The notes below the pieces were generated by a model. The model ran no database searches. It saw only the letters and a list, made by a program, of their open reading frames with translations, and was not told the DNA's origin. A DNA stretch of 32,000 bases from NCBI RefSeq assembly GCF_001457615.1, contig NZ_LN831024.1, positions 5,190,001 through 5,222,000 of the forward strand, written 5' to 3'. Below are positions 1-10,462 of this stretch, piece by piece (positions within the stretch are counted from its first letter, which is position 1; every line of letters starts with the position of its first letter). The position numbers were made by a program, and so were the translations under genes. The stretch is from Pseudomonas aeruginosa. GTDB taxonomy: Bacteria > Pseudomonadota > Gammaproteobacteria > Pseudomonadales > Pseudomonadaceae.

Positions 1-2200
1 GCGCGGGCCTTCTCCCGGTCGATCAACAGGCGCAGTTGCGGCGCTTCGGCCAGTCCTTCCATCATCGCGTAAAGGAATTTCGGGTTGGTCTGGATCTCGC
101 CAAGAAGAGTATCGCGAGCCTGCAGCAGCGCTTCGCGGCCGACCCCGCTACGGTCCATCAGGCGCAATGCGAAGCCGCCGGAGTTACCCAGACCGTTGAT
201 CGGTGGCGGCGACACGGCCATGACCGTGCCATCGTCGGGCAGCGCGAAATGCTCGTTCAGCGCGGCGATCTCGGCGGCGGCCGACTGCTCGGCGCCTCGC
301 TCGGACCAGTCCTTGAAGGTCGGGAAGGCCAGCGCGGCATTGTCGCCCTGGCCGGAGAAGCTGAAGCCCGAGATCAGGAACACCGAAGCCACCGCCTCGC
401 GGGACTTGAGGAAGCGCTCGAGCTCCTCGCCGGTGGCATCGGTGCGCACGCGCGAAGCGCCAGGCGGCAGTTGCACGTCGACCACCATGTAGCCGAGGTC
501 TTCCGCCGGCACGAAGGCTTCCGGCAGGCGCAGGTAGAAGTAGCCGAGCATGGCCACCAGGCCGGCGTACACCAGCATGAAGCGTCCGGCGCGCGCCACC
601 AGCTTCGAGTTGAGCAGCGAATAGCGCTCGGTGACGCGGGCGAAGCCACGGTTGAAGGCGCCGAAGAAGCCGCGCTTCTCGTGGTGCCCTTCGGGAATGG
701 GCTTGAGCAGCGTGGCGCACAGCGCCGGGGTGAAGGTCAGGGCGAGGAAGCCGGAGAACAGGATCGAGACCGCCAGCGACACCGAGAACTGCTGGTAGAT
801 CACCCCCACCGAACCGGCCATGAAAGCCAGCGGCAGGAACACCGCCGAGAGCACCAGGGTGATGCCGACGATGGCGCCGGACACCTGCTTCATCGCCTTG
901 ACCGTGGCCTCGGCCGGGGAAATCCCCTCCTCCGCCATGATCCGCTCGACGTTCTCCACCACCACGATGGCGTCGTCCACCAGGATGCCGATCGCCAGGA
1001 CCATGCCGAACATGGTCATCATGTTCACCGAGAACCCCAGCAGGTACATCACCATCAGCGTACCCAGCAGGCACACCGGCACCACGATGGACGGGATCAG
1101 GGTGTAGCGGACGTTCTGCAGGAACAGGAACATCACCAGGAACACCAGGACCATCGCTTCGATCAGGGTGTGGATCACCTTCTCGATGGCCACGTCGACG
1201 AAGCGCGAGGTGTCGTAGGGCACGCTGTACTGCATGTCCTCGGGGAAGAACGCCGACAGTTCGGCGAGACGCTGTTTCACCAGGGTAGCGGTCTGGATCG
1301 CGTTGGCCCGGGCGACAGCTGGATCGCCCCGCCCACGGTAGGCGTGCCGTTCAGTCGCGAGGAAATGTTGTAGCTCTCCTTGCCGAGTTCCAGGCGCGCG
1401 ACATCGGCGAGCCGGACCAGCGAGCCGTCCTGGTTGGCGCGCAGCACTACCTGGCCGAACTCCTGCGGATCGTCCAGGGTGCCCTTCACCGCCAGGGTCG
1501 CCGTCAGCTCCTGCGCGGAACTGCCCGGTGCGCTGCCGAAGGCGCCGGCCGGCACCTGCACGTTCTGCCCGCGGATGGCATTGCTCACGTCGTCGATGGA
1601 GAGGCCGAAGCCCACCAGCTTCTGCGGATCGATCCAGACCCGCATGGCCGCCTCGGAAGAGAAGAATTGCAGCTTGCCGACGCCCGGCAGGCGCCGCAGC
1701 TCGTTGTTGATATTGCGCGCGGCGTAGTCGCCGAGGGCGGTGGTGTCGCTGCGCTGAGCGCCTTCCTTGTAGCTGAGCGCATAGATCAGCAGGAAACCGG
1801 CGCTGGTCTGCTCGACCTGCAGGCCCTGGGTCAGCACCGCCTGCGGCATGCGCGCCTCGGCTTTCTTCAGGCGGTTCTGCACGTCCACCTGGGCCAGGTC
1901 CGGATCGGTGCCCGGCTCGAAGGTGACGACGATCTCGGCGGTGCCGTTGGAGTTGTTGGTCGACTCGAAGTAGAGCAGGCCCTTGGCGCCGTTCAGCGAC
2001 TCCTCGAGCACACTGGTGACGGAGTCCACCAGCACCTTCGCCGAGGCGCCGGGATAGGTGGCGGTGATGGTGATCTGTGGCGGCGCGACATTGGGGTACT
2101 GCGCTACCGGCAATTTGGAAATGACCAGCAGGCCGGCCAGGGAGATGAACAGGGCCACCACCCAGGCGAAGTTCGGCCGCTTGATGAAGAATTCGGACAT
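1..2200 (-). pseudogene. mexD: RND multidrug efflux inner-membrane transporter MexD. The first ~733 codons are in the window and the 3' end lies beyond position 1. The reading frame is broken by a 1-nt deletion at 1307-1312.
   Basis: The minus-strand ORF from ATG 2200 (GAGGA upstream) begins MSEFFIKRPNFAWVVALFISLAGLL, the canonical RND N-terminus, and I recognise it as MexD. The frame stops at TGA 1277-1279 after ...GGAIQLSPG + PTRSRPLPW. The +1 frame continues ANAIQTATLVKQRLAELSAFFPEDMQ...VDDAIVVVENVERIM...ALCATLLKPI and stays open to position 1. The ORF track omits that part because it runs off the window edge. Confidence 0.85.
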
Positions 2201-2227
2201 CGGAAAATCCTCGGGGCGAACCCGCCC

Positions 2228-3391
2228 TTACTGTTGCGGCGCAGGTGACTGGGCTTGCGCCTGGGCACCATCCGGCTTCGGCACGATCTTCACCCCCGGC
2301 TGCACCGCAGCCAGGCCGCCGACTATGACCCGGTCACCCGGCTCCAGGCCCTCGGTGATCTGCCAGCGCGAACCCTGCATGACGCCGGTACCGACGCTGC
2401 GCGCCTCGGCGCGCTCGTCGGCGCCCACCACCATCACCTGGGCGCTGCCGTCGCTGGAGCGGCGCACGGCCCGTTGCGGCACCAGGATCGCCTGGTTGTC
2501 GATGCCCTGGGGCGTACGTACGCGCACGTACATGCCCGGCAGCAGGACCCCGTCGGGGTTGGCGAACTTGCCGCGCAGGGCGATCTGGCCGGTGCCGCGA
2601 TCCACCGCCACGTCGGCGAACTGCAACGCGCCCTGGCGCTCGTAGGGCGTCCCTTCGACGCGCAGGGTCAGCGCCTGGCTGTCGCCGGCGGCCAAGGTGC
2701 CGTTCTTCAGGGCGTCGCGCAGGCGCAGGGCCTCGGCCGCGGTCTGGGTGAAATCCGCATAGATCGGATCGAGCTGCTGGATGCGCGCCATCAGCGTCGC
2801 CTCGCCCTGCCCGACCAGCGCGCCCTCGGTCACCAGCGCGCGGCCGATGCGCCCGGAGATCGGCGCAGTGACCGAGGCGTAGCCGAGGTTCAGGCGCGCG
2901 GTCTCCAGGTCGGCCTGGGCCGAGCGGGTCGCCGCCTCGGCGCTGCGCAGGTCGGCGGTGGCGGTATCGAAGTCCTGCTGGCTGACCGCCTGGATCTTCA
3001 CCAGCGGCTCGTAGCGACGCACCCGCGCCTGCGCCTCGAACAGCACCGCGCGGTTCCGCGCCAGCTCACCCTCGGCGCGCGACACCGCAGCCTTCAGCGG
3101 TGCCGGATCGATCTGGAACAGCAGGTCGCCAGCCTTGACGTCGGCGCCCTCCTCGAAGCGCTTCCGCACGACGATGCCGGCCACCCGCGCGCGCACCTCG
3201 GCGACACGCACCGGTTCGATCCGCCCAGGCAGTTCCGAACTCAGCGCCAGGGGCTCGGCCTGCACCGTCAGGACCTCCACCGGCAACACCATTTCGGCGG
3301 CCTCCTGTCGCTCTTCCGCCGGCCCACAACCCGCCAACGCGATGGCCATAGCCAACGCCCCGATCCTTCCTATTGCACGCAAATCAGCCAT
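2228..3391 (-). CDS. mexC: RND efflux membrane-fusion lipoprotein MexC
   Basis: 387-aa ORF with ATG at 3391. It has a lipoprotein signal ending AIALAGC (lipobox LAGC). The sequence is AcrA/HlyD-type periplasmic adaptor, recognised as MexC. Its stop lies 27 nt upstream of the mexD ATG. Confidence 0.93.
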   Translation of the reverse strand: MADLRAIGRIGALAMAIALAGCGPAEERQEAAEMVLPVEVLTVQAEPLALSSELPGRIEPVRVAEVRARVAGIVVRKRFEEGADVKAGDLLFQIDPAPLKAAVSRAEGELARNRAVLFEAQARVRRYEPLVKIQAVSQQDFDTATADLRSAEAATRSAQADLETARLNLGYASVTAPISGRIGRALVTEGALVGQGEATLMARIQQLDPIYADFTQTAAEALRLRDALKNGTLAAGDSQALTLRVEGTPYERQGALQFADVAVDRGTGQIALRGKFANPDGVLLPGMYVRVRTPQGIDNQAILVPQRAVRRSSDGSAQVMVVGADERAEARSVGTGVMQGSRWQITEGLEPGDRVIVGGLAAVQPGVKIVPKPDGAQAQAQSPAPQQ

Positions 3392-3551
3392 GACACACCC
3401 GACCGTTGATTGAAAACGGATCGAATGGTACTTTTTCGAGCTAATTGAGTCAATATTGTCTCAAATGATCTTTTGACAGCTAATTCCTTTGGACGCGAGG
3501 CCAGTTTTCTGCACAATGCGCACAATCAGAAAAACCAACCGGGACCCATCG
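3392..3551. promoter_or_regulatory. Divergent nfxB / mexC promoter-operator region (candidate NfxB operator)
   Basis: 160-bp AT-rich spacer between divergent mexC (ATG 3391) and nfxB (ATG 3552). It contains the near-perfect 20-nt inverted repeat TTGAGTCAATATTGTCTCAA (3445-3464, 9 of 10 pairs). It also contains the octamer AGCTAATT twice as a direct repeat exactly 39 bp apart (3439-3446 and 3478-3485). Confidence 0.6.
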
Positions 3552-4115
3552 ATGACCCTGATTTCCCATGACGAGCGACTCATCAAGGCGCTGGCAGTCG
3601 CTATCGTCGACCGCCCGCGAGCGACGCTGAAGGAACTGGCCGAGGCGGCCGGCGTAAGCAAGGCCACCCTGCACCGCTTCTGCGGCACGCGGGACAACCT
3701 GGTGCAGATGCTCGAGGACCACGGAGAGACCGTACTGAACCAGATCATCCAGGCCTGCGACCTGGAGCATGCCGAGCCTCTGGAGGCGTTGCAGCGCCTG
3801 ATCAAGGAACACCTCACCCACCGCGAGCTGCTGGTATTCCTGGTATTCCAGTACCGCCCGGACTTCCTCGACCCGCACGGTGAAGGCGCACGCTGGCAGT
3901 CCTACCTGGAAGCGCTGGACGCCTTCTTCCTGCGCGGACAGCAGAAAGGCGTGTTTCGCATCGACATCACGGCGGCCGTGTTCACCGAACTGTTCATCAC
4001 CCTGGTCTACGGCATGGTCGATGCGGAACGTCGCGGACGGGCGGCCAGCTCCAATTCCGCGCATACCCTGGAGCAGATGTTCCTCCATGGCGCCTCCAAT
4101 CCGGCGCGCTCCTGA
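3552..4115 (+). CDS. nfxB: Transcriptional repressor NfxB of mexCD-oprJ
   Basis: 187 aa from ATG 3552 (MTLISHDERLIKALAVAIVDRP...). Helix-turn-helix ATLKELAEAAGVSKATLHRF. Recognised as NfxB and divergent from mexC. The track ORF start at 3489 adds 21 non-native-looking residues. Confidence 0.92.
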   Translation: MTLISHDERLIKALAVAIVDRPRATLKELAEAAGVSKATLHRFCGTRDNLVQMLEDHGETVLNQIIQACDLEHAEPLEALQRLIKEHLTHRELLVFLVFQYRPDFLDPHGEGARWQSYLEALDAFFLRGQQKGVFRIDITAAVFTELFITLVYGMVDAERRGRAASSNSAHTLEQMFLHGASNPARS

Positions 4116-4358
4116 CCCTCGCGCCCGCGGCGGCGCCCCTCTCGTCGCCGCATGGCACGGACCGATCCGCGTGCCGTCGACTTCGGCCGCCCGGAGGCCT
4201 GCTCGACACTCGGGAAGATCAGTCGTCACCGGTCCTGCGACAAAGTGCCTCGACAGCCGGAAAGGACCGTGACGCTCGTCGGCGATACTGGCACTTGGCC
4301 TTGCTTCCGGGCATCCTAACTGTCTACCGAATCACACCTCCCCCAGGAATTCCGGTCA

Positions 4359-7300
4359 GTGTCGACCCCCTCGCTAACCCCGTCGCCGCCTCCCGCCGGC
4401 GACCCACTGACCGTACCCGACCGACCGGCAGCCAAGGCTGGCCTGCTGTTGCTGGTCCTGTTGATGCTCGGCCTGCTGCTCTGGCAGATGAGCCAGGAGC
4501 TGCGCCAGCAGGAACGCTTCGAACACGAGCGAGCCGCGGCCCAGCTCGATCGTCTCAACGACCGCCTGTCCCTGACCCTCGAACTCAAGGCGCGCACCGC
4601 CCTCGCCCTGCTCCCGGGCGTGCCCCCCAGCGAGCGTGGCGAGATACAGGGCAGGCTGTTGCCGCGCATCAGCGATGCGCTGCCGCAGGTGCGCCAGTTG
4701 CAATGGGTGGACAGCGCCCTGCAGACGGACAGCCCGTCGCCGGAAACGACGCTGCCCGAGCAGTTGCGCCAGCACGCCGGCTCCGGCCTATACCACTATT
4801 GCCTCGACCCGCGCGACGGCGAATCCCTCTACCTGACCCTGCGCGAACCCGGCAGCCGCCGCGACAGTGGCTTCTGGCTGTTGCACCTGGCCAGCGACAG
4901 CCTCGCCCAGTGGAGTCCCGACCTGCCCACCGGCAACCTGCTCTGGCGCCTGGAAGACCAATACGCCGGGCGGGTGCTCTGGCATACCCCGGGGAGCACG
5001 GCGCTGCTCGACGACATGCAGACCCTCGGCGTGGAACCGCTGCGCAACAGCGACTGGCAGCTTCGCGGGCTCTACGACAGCACGCGAGTGCGGCTCGGCC
5101 TGCTGCCGGGAATCGGCGGCGAGCTGGCGATCTTCCTCCTGCTGGTCGGCGTCACCGTGTACATGCTGCTGCGCCTGCACCGCGAGCAACAGGGCCTGCG
5201 CGCCATGACCCTGGCCTCGCAGCGCAGCCTGCGCCAGGCGGCCACGGCACTGGCGGCGATCGACGAGCGGGTGCTGGTGACCCGCGCCGACGGCCGCCTC
5301 AGCTACCTCAATCCCCAGGCCGAACGCCTCTTCGGCATCAGTTCGGCCCAGGCCCGCCAGCATCATCTGCTGGGCCTGCTGCCGGACCTCGAGCCAGGCT
5401 GGCTGACGGACGCCGGTGGCGACGGCGAGACCCGTAGCGAGCTGCTGCCGCTGCGGGTGCGCGGCGAGCCGCGGACGTTCACCCTCAGCCGCCATCCGCT
5501 GGCCAGCTATCCGGCGCTCGCCGACCAGGCCTGGACCCTCCGCGAGCAGATCCTCCAGGGCGGGCAGGTCTGGGTGTTGCGCGACGTCACCGAGGAACAG
5601 CACGCCCTCGGCGTCCTGGAGGAAACCCGGCGGCGCTACCAGGACATCTTCGAAGGGGTCGGCGTGGCCCTCTGCGTGCTCGACCTCTCCGCCCTGCGCC
5701 AGGCTCTGGTGGAGCAAGGCCTGGACAGCTGCGCCGCACTGCGCGCCTGGCTCGCCGGCGAACCCGGGCGGCAGCAGGCGCTGCTGGAGCGGATCCGCAT
5801 CACCGAGATCAACGATGTCAGTCGCCGCCTGCTACAGATCGATTCCACCGAACAGGCCTGGCAGCGCTTGCTCGACCACGGCCCGCTACAACCGGACAGC
5901 CTGCGCCTGCAGGTGATCGAGGCGCTCATCGAGCGCCGGCCGGTACTCGAACTTGAAGCCACGCTGCGCTGCGGCAAGAGCACGCCGCGGCACCTGTGGT
6001 TGCAACTGCGCCTGCCGGAAAACCCCGGCGAATGGCATGCGGTGACCCTCAGCCTGTCCGACGTCACCAGTCGCAAGGAAGTCGAACTGTCGCTGATCGA
6101 GCGCGAGAAGTTCTGGTCGGACGCGGTCCAGGCGGTGCCCGATACCCTCTACATCCACGACCTGCACGCGCGCCGGGTGATCTTCAGCAACCATCACCTG
6201 GGCCAGCAGTTGGGCTACAACCAGGAAGAACTGGCGCGGATGGGCGAGAACTTCTGGGAAACCCTGCTGCACCCCGACGACCAGGAATACTACTGGCGCA
6301 TCCGCAACCTGCAGCACGTGGTCGGCGACGGCCTGCTGCTCGACAGCCAGTTGCGCTGGCGCCACCGCGACGGCCGCTGGCACTGGTTCGACATCCGCGA
6401 GCAGGCCTTCAGCCGCGACCGCAGCGGTCGCGTGGCGCGCCTGATCGGCGTGGCCAAGGACATCACCTTCACCGTCGAGGCGAACAACGCGCTGCGCGAG
6501 AACGGCCGACGCTACCGCATGCTGGCGGAAAACATCAGCGACGTGATCTTCTCCACCGACGCCGAACTCAACGCCAGCTACGTCAGCCCCTCGGTACAGC
6601 ACGTGTTCGGCTACAGCCCGGAATGGGCGCTGCTCAACGGCCTCCATCAGACCGCCACCAACCCGCGCCAGCTCGGCCGCCTGAACGGCCTGCTGCGCCG
6701 CGTGCGGCACGCCATCGGCGACCGCCAGAAGCTCGCCGAGCTGCGGGAAAACCCTGGCCAGCATCTGTTCGCCCTCGACTGCCTGCGCGCCGACGGACGG
6801 AAGATTCCCATCGAACTGCGGATCGTGCTGATGTGGGACGAGCACGACCGCTTCGAAGGCCTGCTCGGCATCGCCCGCGACATCAGCCAGCAGCGCCGCG
6901 CCGAACGCGAGCTGCGGATGGCGGCGACGGTATTCGAACACTCCACGGCGGCGATCATGGTCACCGACCCGGCCGGCTACATCGTCCAGGTCAACGATTC
7001 CTTCTCGCGCCTGACCGGCTACAGCCCGGCCGACGTGCTCGACCAGCAGCCGCGCCTGCTCACCGCCGACCGCCAGGAAGCCAACCAGCTCAAGCACGTG
7101 CTCGCCAGCCTGCAGCACAGCGGCAGCTGGGAAGGCGAGATCCTGCAGAAGCGCAAGACCGGCGAACTCTATCCGTCCTGGGTCGGCATCACCGCGGTGC
7201 GTGACGAGGAAGGCGACCTGGTCAGCTTCGTCTGCTTCTTCAGCGACATCAGCGAGCGCAAGGCCAGCGAGCGGCGCATCCACCGCCTGGCCTACTACGA

Positions 7301-8606
7301 CGCCCTCACCCACCTGCCCAACCGCACGCTGTTCCAGGACCGTCTGCATACCGCCCTGCAGCAGGCCGAGCGCAACGGCCAGTGGGTGGTGCTGATGTTC
7401 CTCGACCTCGACCGCTTCAAGCCGATCAACGACTCCCTCGGCCACGCCGCCGGCGACCGCATGCTGCAGGAAGTGGCGACCCGCCTGAGCGCCTGCGTCA
7501 GCCAGGACGATACCGTGGCGCGCATGGGCGGCGACGAATTCACCCTGCTGCTGCCTTCCCAGGGCGACCGCGAGATCGCCCTGAAACGGGCGATCCAGGT
7601 CGCCGAGCTGATCCTCGGCCGTCTGGCCCGGCCGTTCACCCTGGAAGGCCGTGAATTCTTCGTCACCGCCAGCATCGGCGTGGCCTTGTCGCCCCAGGAC
7701 GGCGCCGAACTGAGCCTGCTGATGAAGAACGCCGACACGGCGATGTACCACGCCAAGGAGATGGGCAAGAACAACTTCCAGTTCTACCAGGCCGAGATGA
7801 ACGCTCGCGCCCTGGAGCGCCTGGAACTGGAAAGCGACCTGCGCCGCGCCCTTGAACTGGGCGAGTTCGTCCTCCACTACCAGCCGCAGTTCACCGGCGA
7901 CGGCCGCCGCCTGACCGGCGCCGAGGCCCTGCTGCGCTGGCAGCATCCGCGCCGCGGACTGGTTCCGCCGAGCGAGTTCATTCCGGTGCTGGAGGAGATC
8001 GGCCTGGTGGCCCAGGTCGGCGACTGGCTGCTGGCGGAAGCCTGCAAGCAGTTGCGCAGCTGGCACAAGGCCAAGGTGCGGGTGCCAAAGGTCTCGGTGA
8101 ACCTCTCGGCACGGCAGTTCGCCGATGGCCAGTTGGGCGAGCGGATCGCCGCGATCCTCTACGAGACAGGCATCCCGCCGGCATGCCTGGAGCTGGAACT
8201 GACCGAAAGCATCCTGATGAGCGACGTCGCCGAGGCCATGCAGATCCTCTCCGGGCTCAAGCGCCTCGGCCTGGCCATCGCGGTGGACGACTTCGGCACC
8301 GGCTACTCCTCGCTGAACTACCTCAAGCAGTTCCCCATCGACGTGCTGAAGATCGACCGCAGCTTCGTCGACGGCCTGCCCCACGGCGAACAGGACGCAC
8401 AGATCGCCCGGGCGATCATTGCCATGGCCCACAGCCTGAACCTGATGGTGATCGCCGAGGGCGTGGAGAGCCAGGCCCAGCTGGACTTCCTTCGCGAGCA
8501 CGGCTGCGACGAGGTGCAAGGCTACCTGTTCGGCCGGCCGATGCCCGCCGAGCAGTTCGGCATGCTCTACGCCAGCGACGTGCTGTTCATGTTCAACGAG
8601 GGCTGA
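4359..8606 (+). CDS. morA: Membrane-anchored multi-PAS GGDEF-EAL c-di-GMP signalling protein MorA
   Basis: 1415-aa ORF with a GTG start at 4359. It has N-terminal hydrophobic segments ([30 protein letters not shown]) and repeated PAS-like blocks. The GGDEF motif is [11 protein letters not shown] (about 7521-7553) and the EAL motif is [11 protein letters not shown] (EAL codons 7923-7931). Size and sequence match my recollection of MorA. Confidence 0.9.
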   Translation: MSTPSLTPSPPPAGDPLTVPDRPAAKAGLLLLVLLMLGLLLWQMSQELRQQERFEHERAAAQLDRLNDRLSLTLELKARTALALLPGVPPSERGEIQGRLLPRISDALPQVRQLQWVDSALQTDSPSPETTLPEQLRQHAGSGLYHYCLDPRDGESLYLTLREPGSRRDSGFWLLHLASDSLAQWSPDLPTGNLLWRLEDQYAGRVLWHTPGSTALLDDMQTLGVEPLRNSDWQLRGLYDSTRVRLGLLPGIGGELAIFLLLVGVTVYMLLRLHREQQGLRAMTLASQRSLRQAATALAAIDERVLVTRADGRLSYLNPQAERLFGISSAQARQHHLLGLLPDLEPGWLTDAGGDGETRSELLPLRVRGEPRTFTLSRHPLASYPALADQAWTLREQILQGGQVWVLRDVTEEQHALGVLEETRRRYQDIFEGVGVALCVLDLSALRQALVEQGLDSCAALRAWLAGEPGRQQALLERIRITEINDVSRRLLQIDSTEQAWQRLLDHGPLQPDSLRLQVIEALIERRPVLELEATLRCGKSTPRHLWLQLRLPENPGEWHAVTLSLSDVTSRKEVELSLIEREKFWSDAVQAVPDTLYIHDLHARRVIFSNHHLGQQLGYNQEELARMGENFWETLLHPDDQEYYWRIRNLQHVVGDGLLLDSQLRWRHRDGRWHWFDIREQAFSRDRSGRVARLIGVAKDITFTVEANNALRENGRRYRMLAENISDVIFSTDAELNASYVSPSVQHVFGYSPEWALLNGLHQTATNPRQLGRLNGLLRRVRHAIGDRQKLAELRENPGQHLFALDCLRADGRKIPIELRIVLMWDEHDRFEGLLGIARDISQQRRAERELRMAATVFEHSTAAIMVTDPAGYIVQVNDSFSRLTGYSPADVLDQQPRLLTADRQEANQLKHVLASLQHSGSWEGEILQKRKTGELYPSWVGITAVRDEEGDLVSFVCFFSDISERKASERRIHRLAYYDALTHLPNRTLFQDRLHTALQQAERNGQWVVLMFLDLDRFKPINDSLGHAAGDRMLQEVATRLSACVSQDDTVARMGGDEFTLLLPSQGDREIALKRAIQVAELILGRLARPFTLEGREFFVTASIGVALSPQDGAELSLLMKNADTAMYHAKEMGKNNFQFYQAEMNARALERLELESDLRRALELGEFVLHYQPQFTGDGRRLTGAEALLRWQHPRRGLVPPSEFIPVLEEIGLVAQVGDWLLAEACKQLRSWHKAKVRVPKVSVNLSARQFADGQLGERIAAILYETGIPPACLELELTESILMSDVAEAMQILSGLKRLGLAIAVDDFGTGYSSLNYLKQFPIDVLKIDRSFVDGLPHGEQDAQIARAIIAMAHSLNLMVIAEGVESQAQLDFLREHGCDEVQGYLFGRPMPAEQFGMLYASDVLFMFNEG

Positions 8607-8660
8607 GCCGCCGTGCGGCGCGCTTGAGCGCCGCTTGTCCGCGACATGATGGCCTTTCAT

Positions 8661-8689
8661 GTGCCAGCACCCGCCGCATGGGTTAGAAT
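8661..8689 (+). promoter_or_regulatory. Candidate sigma70-type promoter for glyA
   Basis: GTGCCA (8661-8666), a 17-nt spacer, then TAGAAT (8684-8689), about 40 nt upstream of the glyA ATG. This is a motif match only. Confidence 0.3.
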
Positions 8690-8728
8690 GCGCGCCTTTT
8701 CCCAGCACCGATCCTTATGAGGACCGCC

Positions 8729-9982
8729 ATGTTCAGCCGTGATTTGACCCTCGCCCGCTACGATGCCGAACTCTTTGCCGCGATGGAGCAGGAAGCCCAG
8801 CGCCAGGAAGAGCACATCGAGCTGATCGCCTCCGAGAACTACACCAGCCCGGCGGTGATGGAAGCCCAGGGTTCGGTGCTGACCAACAAGTACGCCGAAG
8901 GTTATCCGCACAAGCGCTACTACGGCGGCTGCGAGTACGTCGATATCGTCGAGCAACTGGCCATCGACCGCGCCAAGCAACTGTTCGGCGCCGATTACGC
9001 CAACGTCCAGCCGCACGCCGGCTCCCAGGCCAACGCCGCGGTCTACCTGGCCCTGCTGTCGGCCGGCGACACCATCCTCGGCATGAGCCTGGCCCATGGC
9101 GGCCACCTGACCCACGGCGCCAGCGTCTCCTCCTCCGGCAAGCTGTACAACGCCGTGCAGTACGGCATCGACGCCAATGGCCTGATCGACTACGACGAAG
9201 TCGAGCGCCTGGCCGTGGAGCACAAGCCGAAGATGATCGTCGCCGGCTTCTCCGCCTATTCCCAGGTCCTCGATTTCGCCCGCTTCCGCGCCATCGCCGA
9301 CAAGGTCGGCGCCTACCTGTTCGTCGACATGGCCCACGTCGCCGGCCTGGTCGCCGCTGGCGTCTACCCGAACCCGGTGCCGTTCGCCGACGTGGTCACC
9401 ACCACCACCCACAAGACCCTGCGCGGTCCGCGCGGTGGCCTGATCCTGGCGCGCGCCAACGAGGAGATCGAGAAGAAGCTCAACTCCGCGGTATTCCCCG
9501 GCGCCCAGGGCGGTCCGCTGGAGCACGTGATCGCGGCCAAGGCGGTGTGCTTCAAGGAAGCCCTGCAGCCGGAGTTCAAGACCTACCAGCAGCAGGTCCT
9601 GAAGAACGCCCAGAGCATGGCCCAGGTCTTCCTCGACCGCGGTTTCGACGTGGTTTCCGGCGGCACCCAGAACCACCTGTTCCTGCTCTCCCTGATCAAG
9701 CAGGACATCACCGGCAAAGACGCCGACGCCGCCCTCGGCCGCGCGTTCATCACCGTGAACAAGAACTCGGTCCCGAACGACCCGCGCTCGCCGTTCGTCA
9801 CCTCCGGCCTGCGCATCGGTACCCCGGCCGTGACCACCCGCGGCTTCAAGGAAGCCGAGTGCCGCGAGCTGGCCGGCTGGATCTGCGACATCCTCGAGAA
9901 CATGGGCGACGAGTCCGTGGTCGACGGCGTACGCGAGAAGGTCAAGGCGATCTGCGCCAAGTTCCCGGTCTACGGCAACTAA
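8729..9982 (+). CDS. glyA: Serine hydroxymethyltransferase
   Basis: 417 aa from ATG 8729, with GAGGA at 8719-8723. N-terminus [22 protein letters not shown]...[22 protein letters not shown]-lysine region [14 protein letters not shown]. The track start at 8717 adds 4 residues without better RBS support. Confidence 0.95.
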   Translation: MFSRDLTLARYDAELFAAMEQEAQRQEEHIELIASENYTSPAVMEAQGSVLTNKYAEGYPHKRYYGGCEYVDIVEQLAIDRAKQLFGADYANVQPHAGSQANAAVYLALLSAGDTILGMSLAHGGHLTHGASVSSSGKLYNAVQYGIDANGLIDYDEVERLAVEHKPKMIVAGFSAYSQVLDFARFRAIADKVGAYLFVDMAHVAGLVAAGVYPNPVPFADVVTTTTHKTLRGPRGGLILARANEEIEKKLNSAVFPGAQGGPLEHVIAAKAVCFKEALQPEFKTYQQQVLKNAQSMAQVFLDRGFDVVSGGTQNHLFLLSLIKQDITGKDADAALGRAFITVNKNSVPNDPRSPFVTSGLRIGTPAVTTRGFKEAECRELAGWICDILENMGDESVVDGVREKVKAICAKFPVYGN

Positions 9983-10002
9983 GCGACAAGGCAAGACGAA
10001 AG

Positions 10003-10027
10003 AGCCCGGCAAATGCCGGGCTTTTTC
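10003..10027. terminator. Rho-independent terminator between convergent glyA and the 126-aa gene
   Basis: AGCCCGGC-aaat-GCCGGGCT followed by TTTTC on the + strand. An A-rich tract sits on the other side, so it may act in both directions. Confidence 0.8.
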
Positions 10028-10059
10028 ATTTCCTCCGAGGGAGGAGGCGCCGGGTAGCG

Positions 10060-10440
10060 TTATCGCCGGTCCTCGACATGGATCACCGCCAAGGCCTCGG
10101 CATCCTCGCCCCGCCGGGAGCGGCCGTGCATGCCGACGAGCAGCTCGCCGGCGTCCTCCTCCAGTTCCTCGCGAGGGACGAAGGTAAGGATGTCCGGGTG
10201 ATGCCCGGTCACCACCCAGCCGCGGCCGTTGTCCAGGGTGATCACACCGAAGTCGCCCGCCGGCGTGCCGACCTGTACCGCTCCCCACTCGGCCAGCAAT
10301 GCCCGCGCCTGGGCCGCGAGGTCCGGCTCCGGCTGCGTGAGGATCACGCAAGTGCCCTGGGCGAACAGCACCCAGGATTTGTCCGCGCCACGGATGCAGT
10401 CCCGCCAGGCGCCGATCAATGCGTTCCTGTCCATTTCCAC
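10060..10440 (-). CDS. Hypothetical cytoplasmic protein, 126 aa, no family recognised
   Basis: ORF MEMDRNALIGAWRDCIRGADKSWVLFAQGTCVILTQPEPD... with strong GC3 bias. The ATG lies 22 nt downstream of the COG0523 gene stop on the same strand. No signal peptide or TM segment is visible. Confidence 0.7.
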   Translation of the reverse strand: MEMDRNALIGAWRDCIRGADKSWVLFAQGTCVILTQPEPDLAAQARALLAEWGAVQVGTPAGDFGVITLDNGRGWVVTGHHPDILTFVPREELEEDAGELLVGMHGRSRRGEDAEALAVIHVEDRR

Positions 10441-10462
10441 GCTCCTTTGGCGTCGATGCGCC

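Noticed and set aside
36-1373. 445-aa + strand ORF opposite mexD. Similar long antisense ORFs are 5886-8708(-), 8657-10351(-), 11623-13824(+), 15250-17193(-), 18171-19856(+), 27413-29572(-), 28555-30489(+) and 30377-31921(-).
   Set aside because: Each lies opposite a gene with a clearly recognisable product. Each translates to low-complexity Arg/Ala/Gly/Pro/His-rich sequence with no motifs. Long stop-free antisense frames are expected in DNA with this GC3 bias.
4288-4305. Sigma54-like motif CTGGCAC-ttggcc-TTGCT about 55 nt upstream of morA
   Set aside because: The GG-to-GC spacing is 13 nt instead of the canonical 12 (one extra base). Sigma54 promoters are very intolerant of spacing changes. 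The sequence shows no supporting enhancer-binding-protein site.
4295-5437. 380-aa + strand ORF overlapping the 5' end of morA in another frame
   Set aside because: The translation is Pro/Arg/Ala-rich nonsense. The morA frame carries the TM, PAS, GGDEF and EAL features and matches the expected length.
10047-10054. The octamer GCGTTATC recurs near three gene 3' ends (10047-10054, 20732-20739, 31842-31849)
   Set aside because: It is only 8 nt, the flanks are not conserved, and one copy is simply part of a local hairpin. This is consistent with chance.
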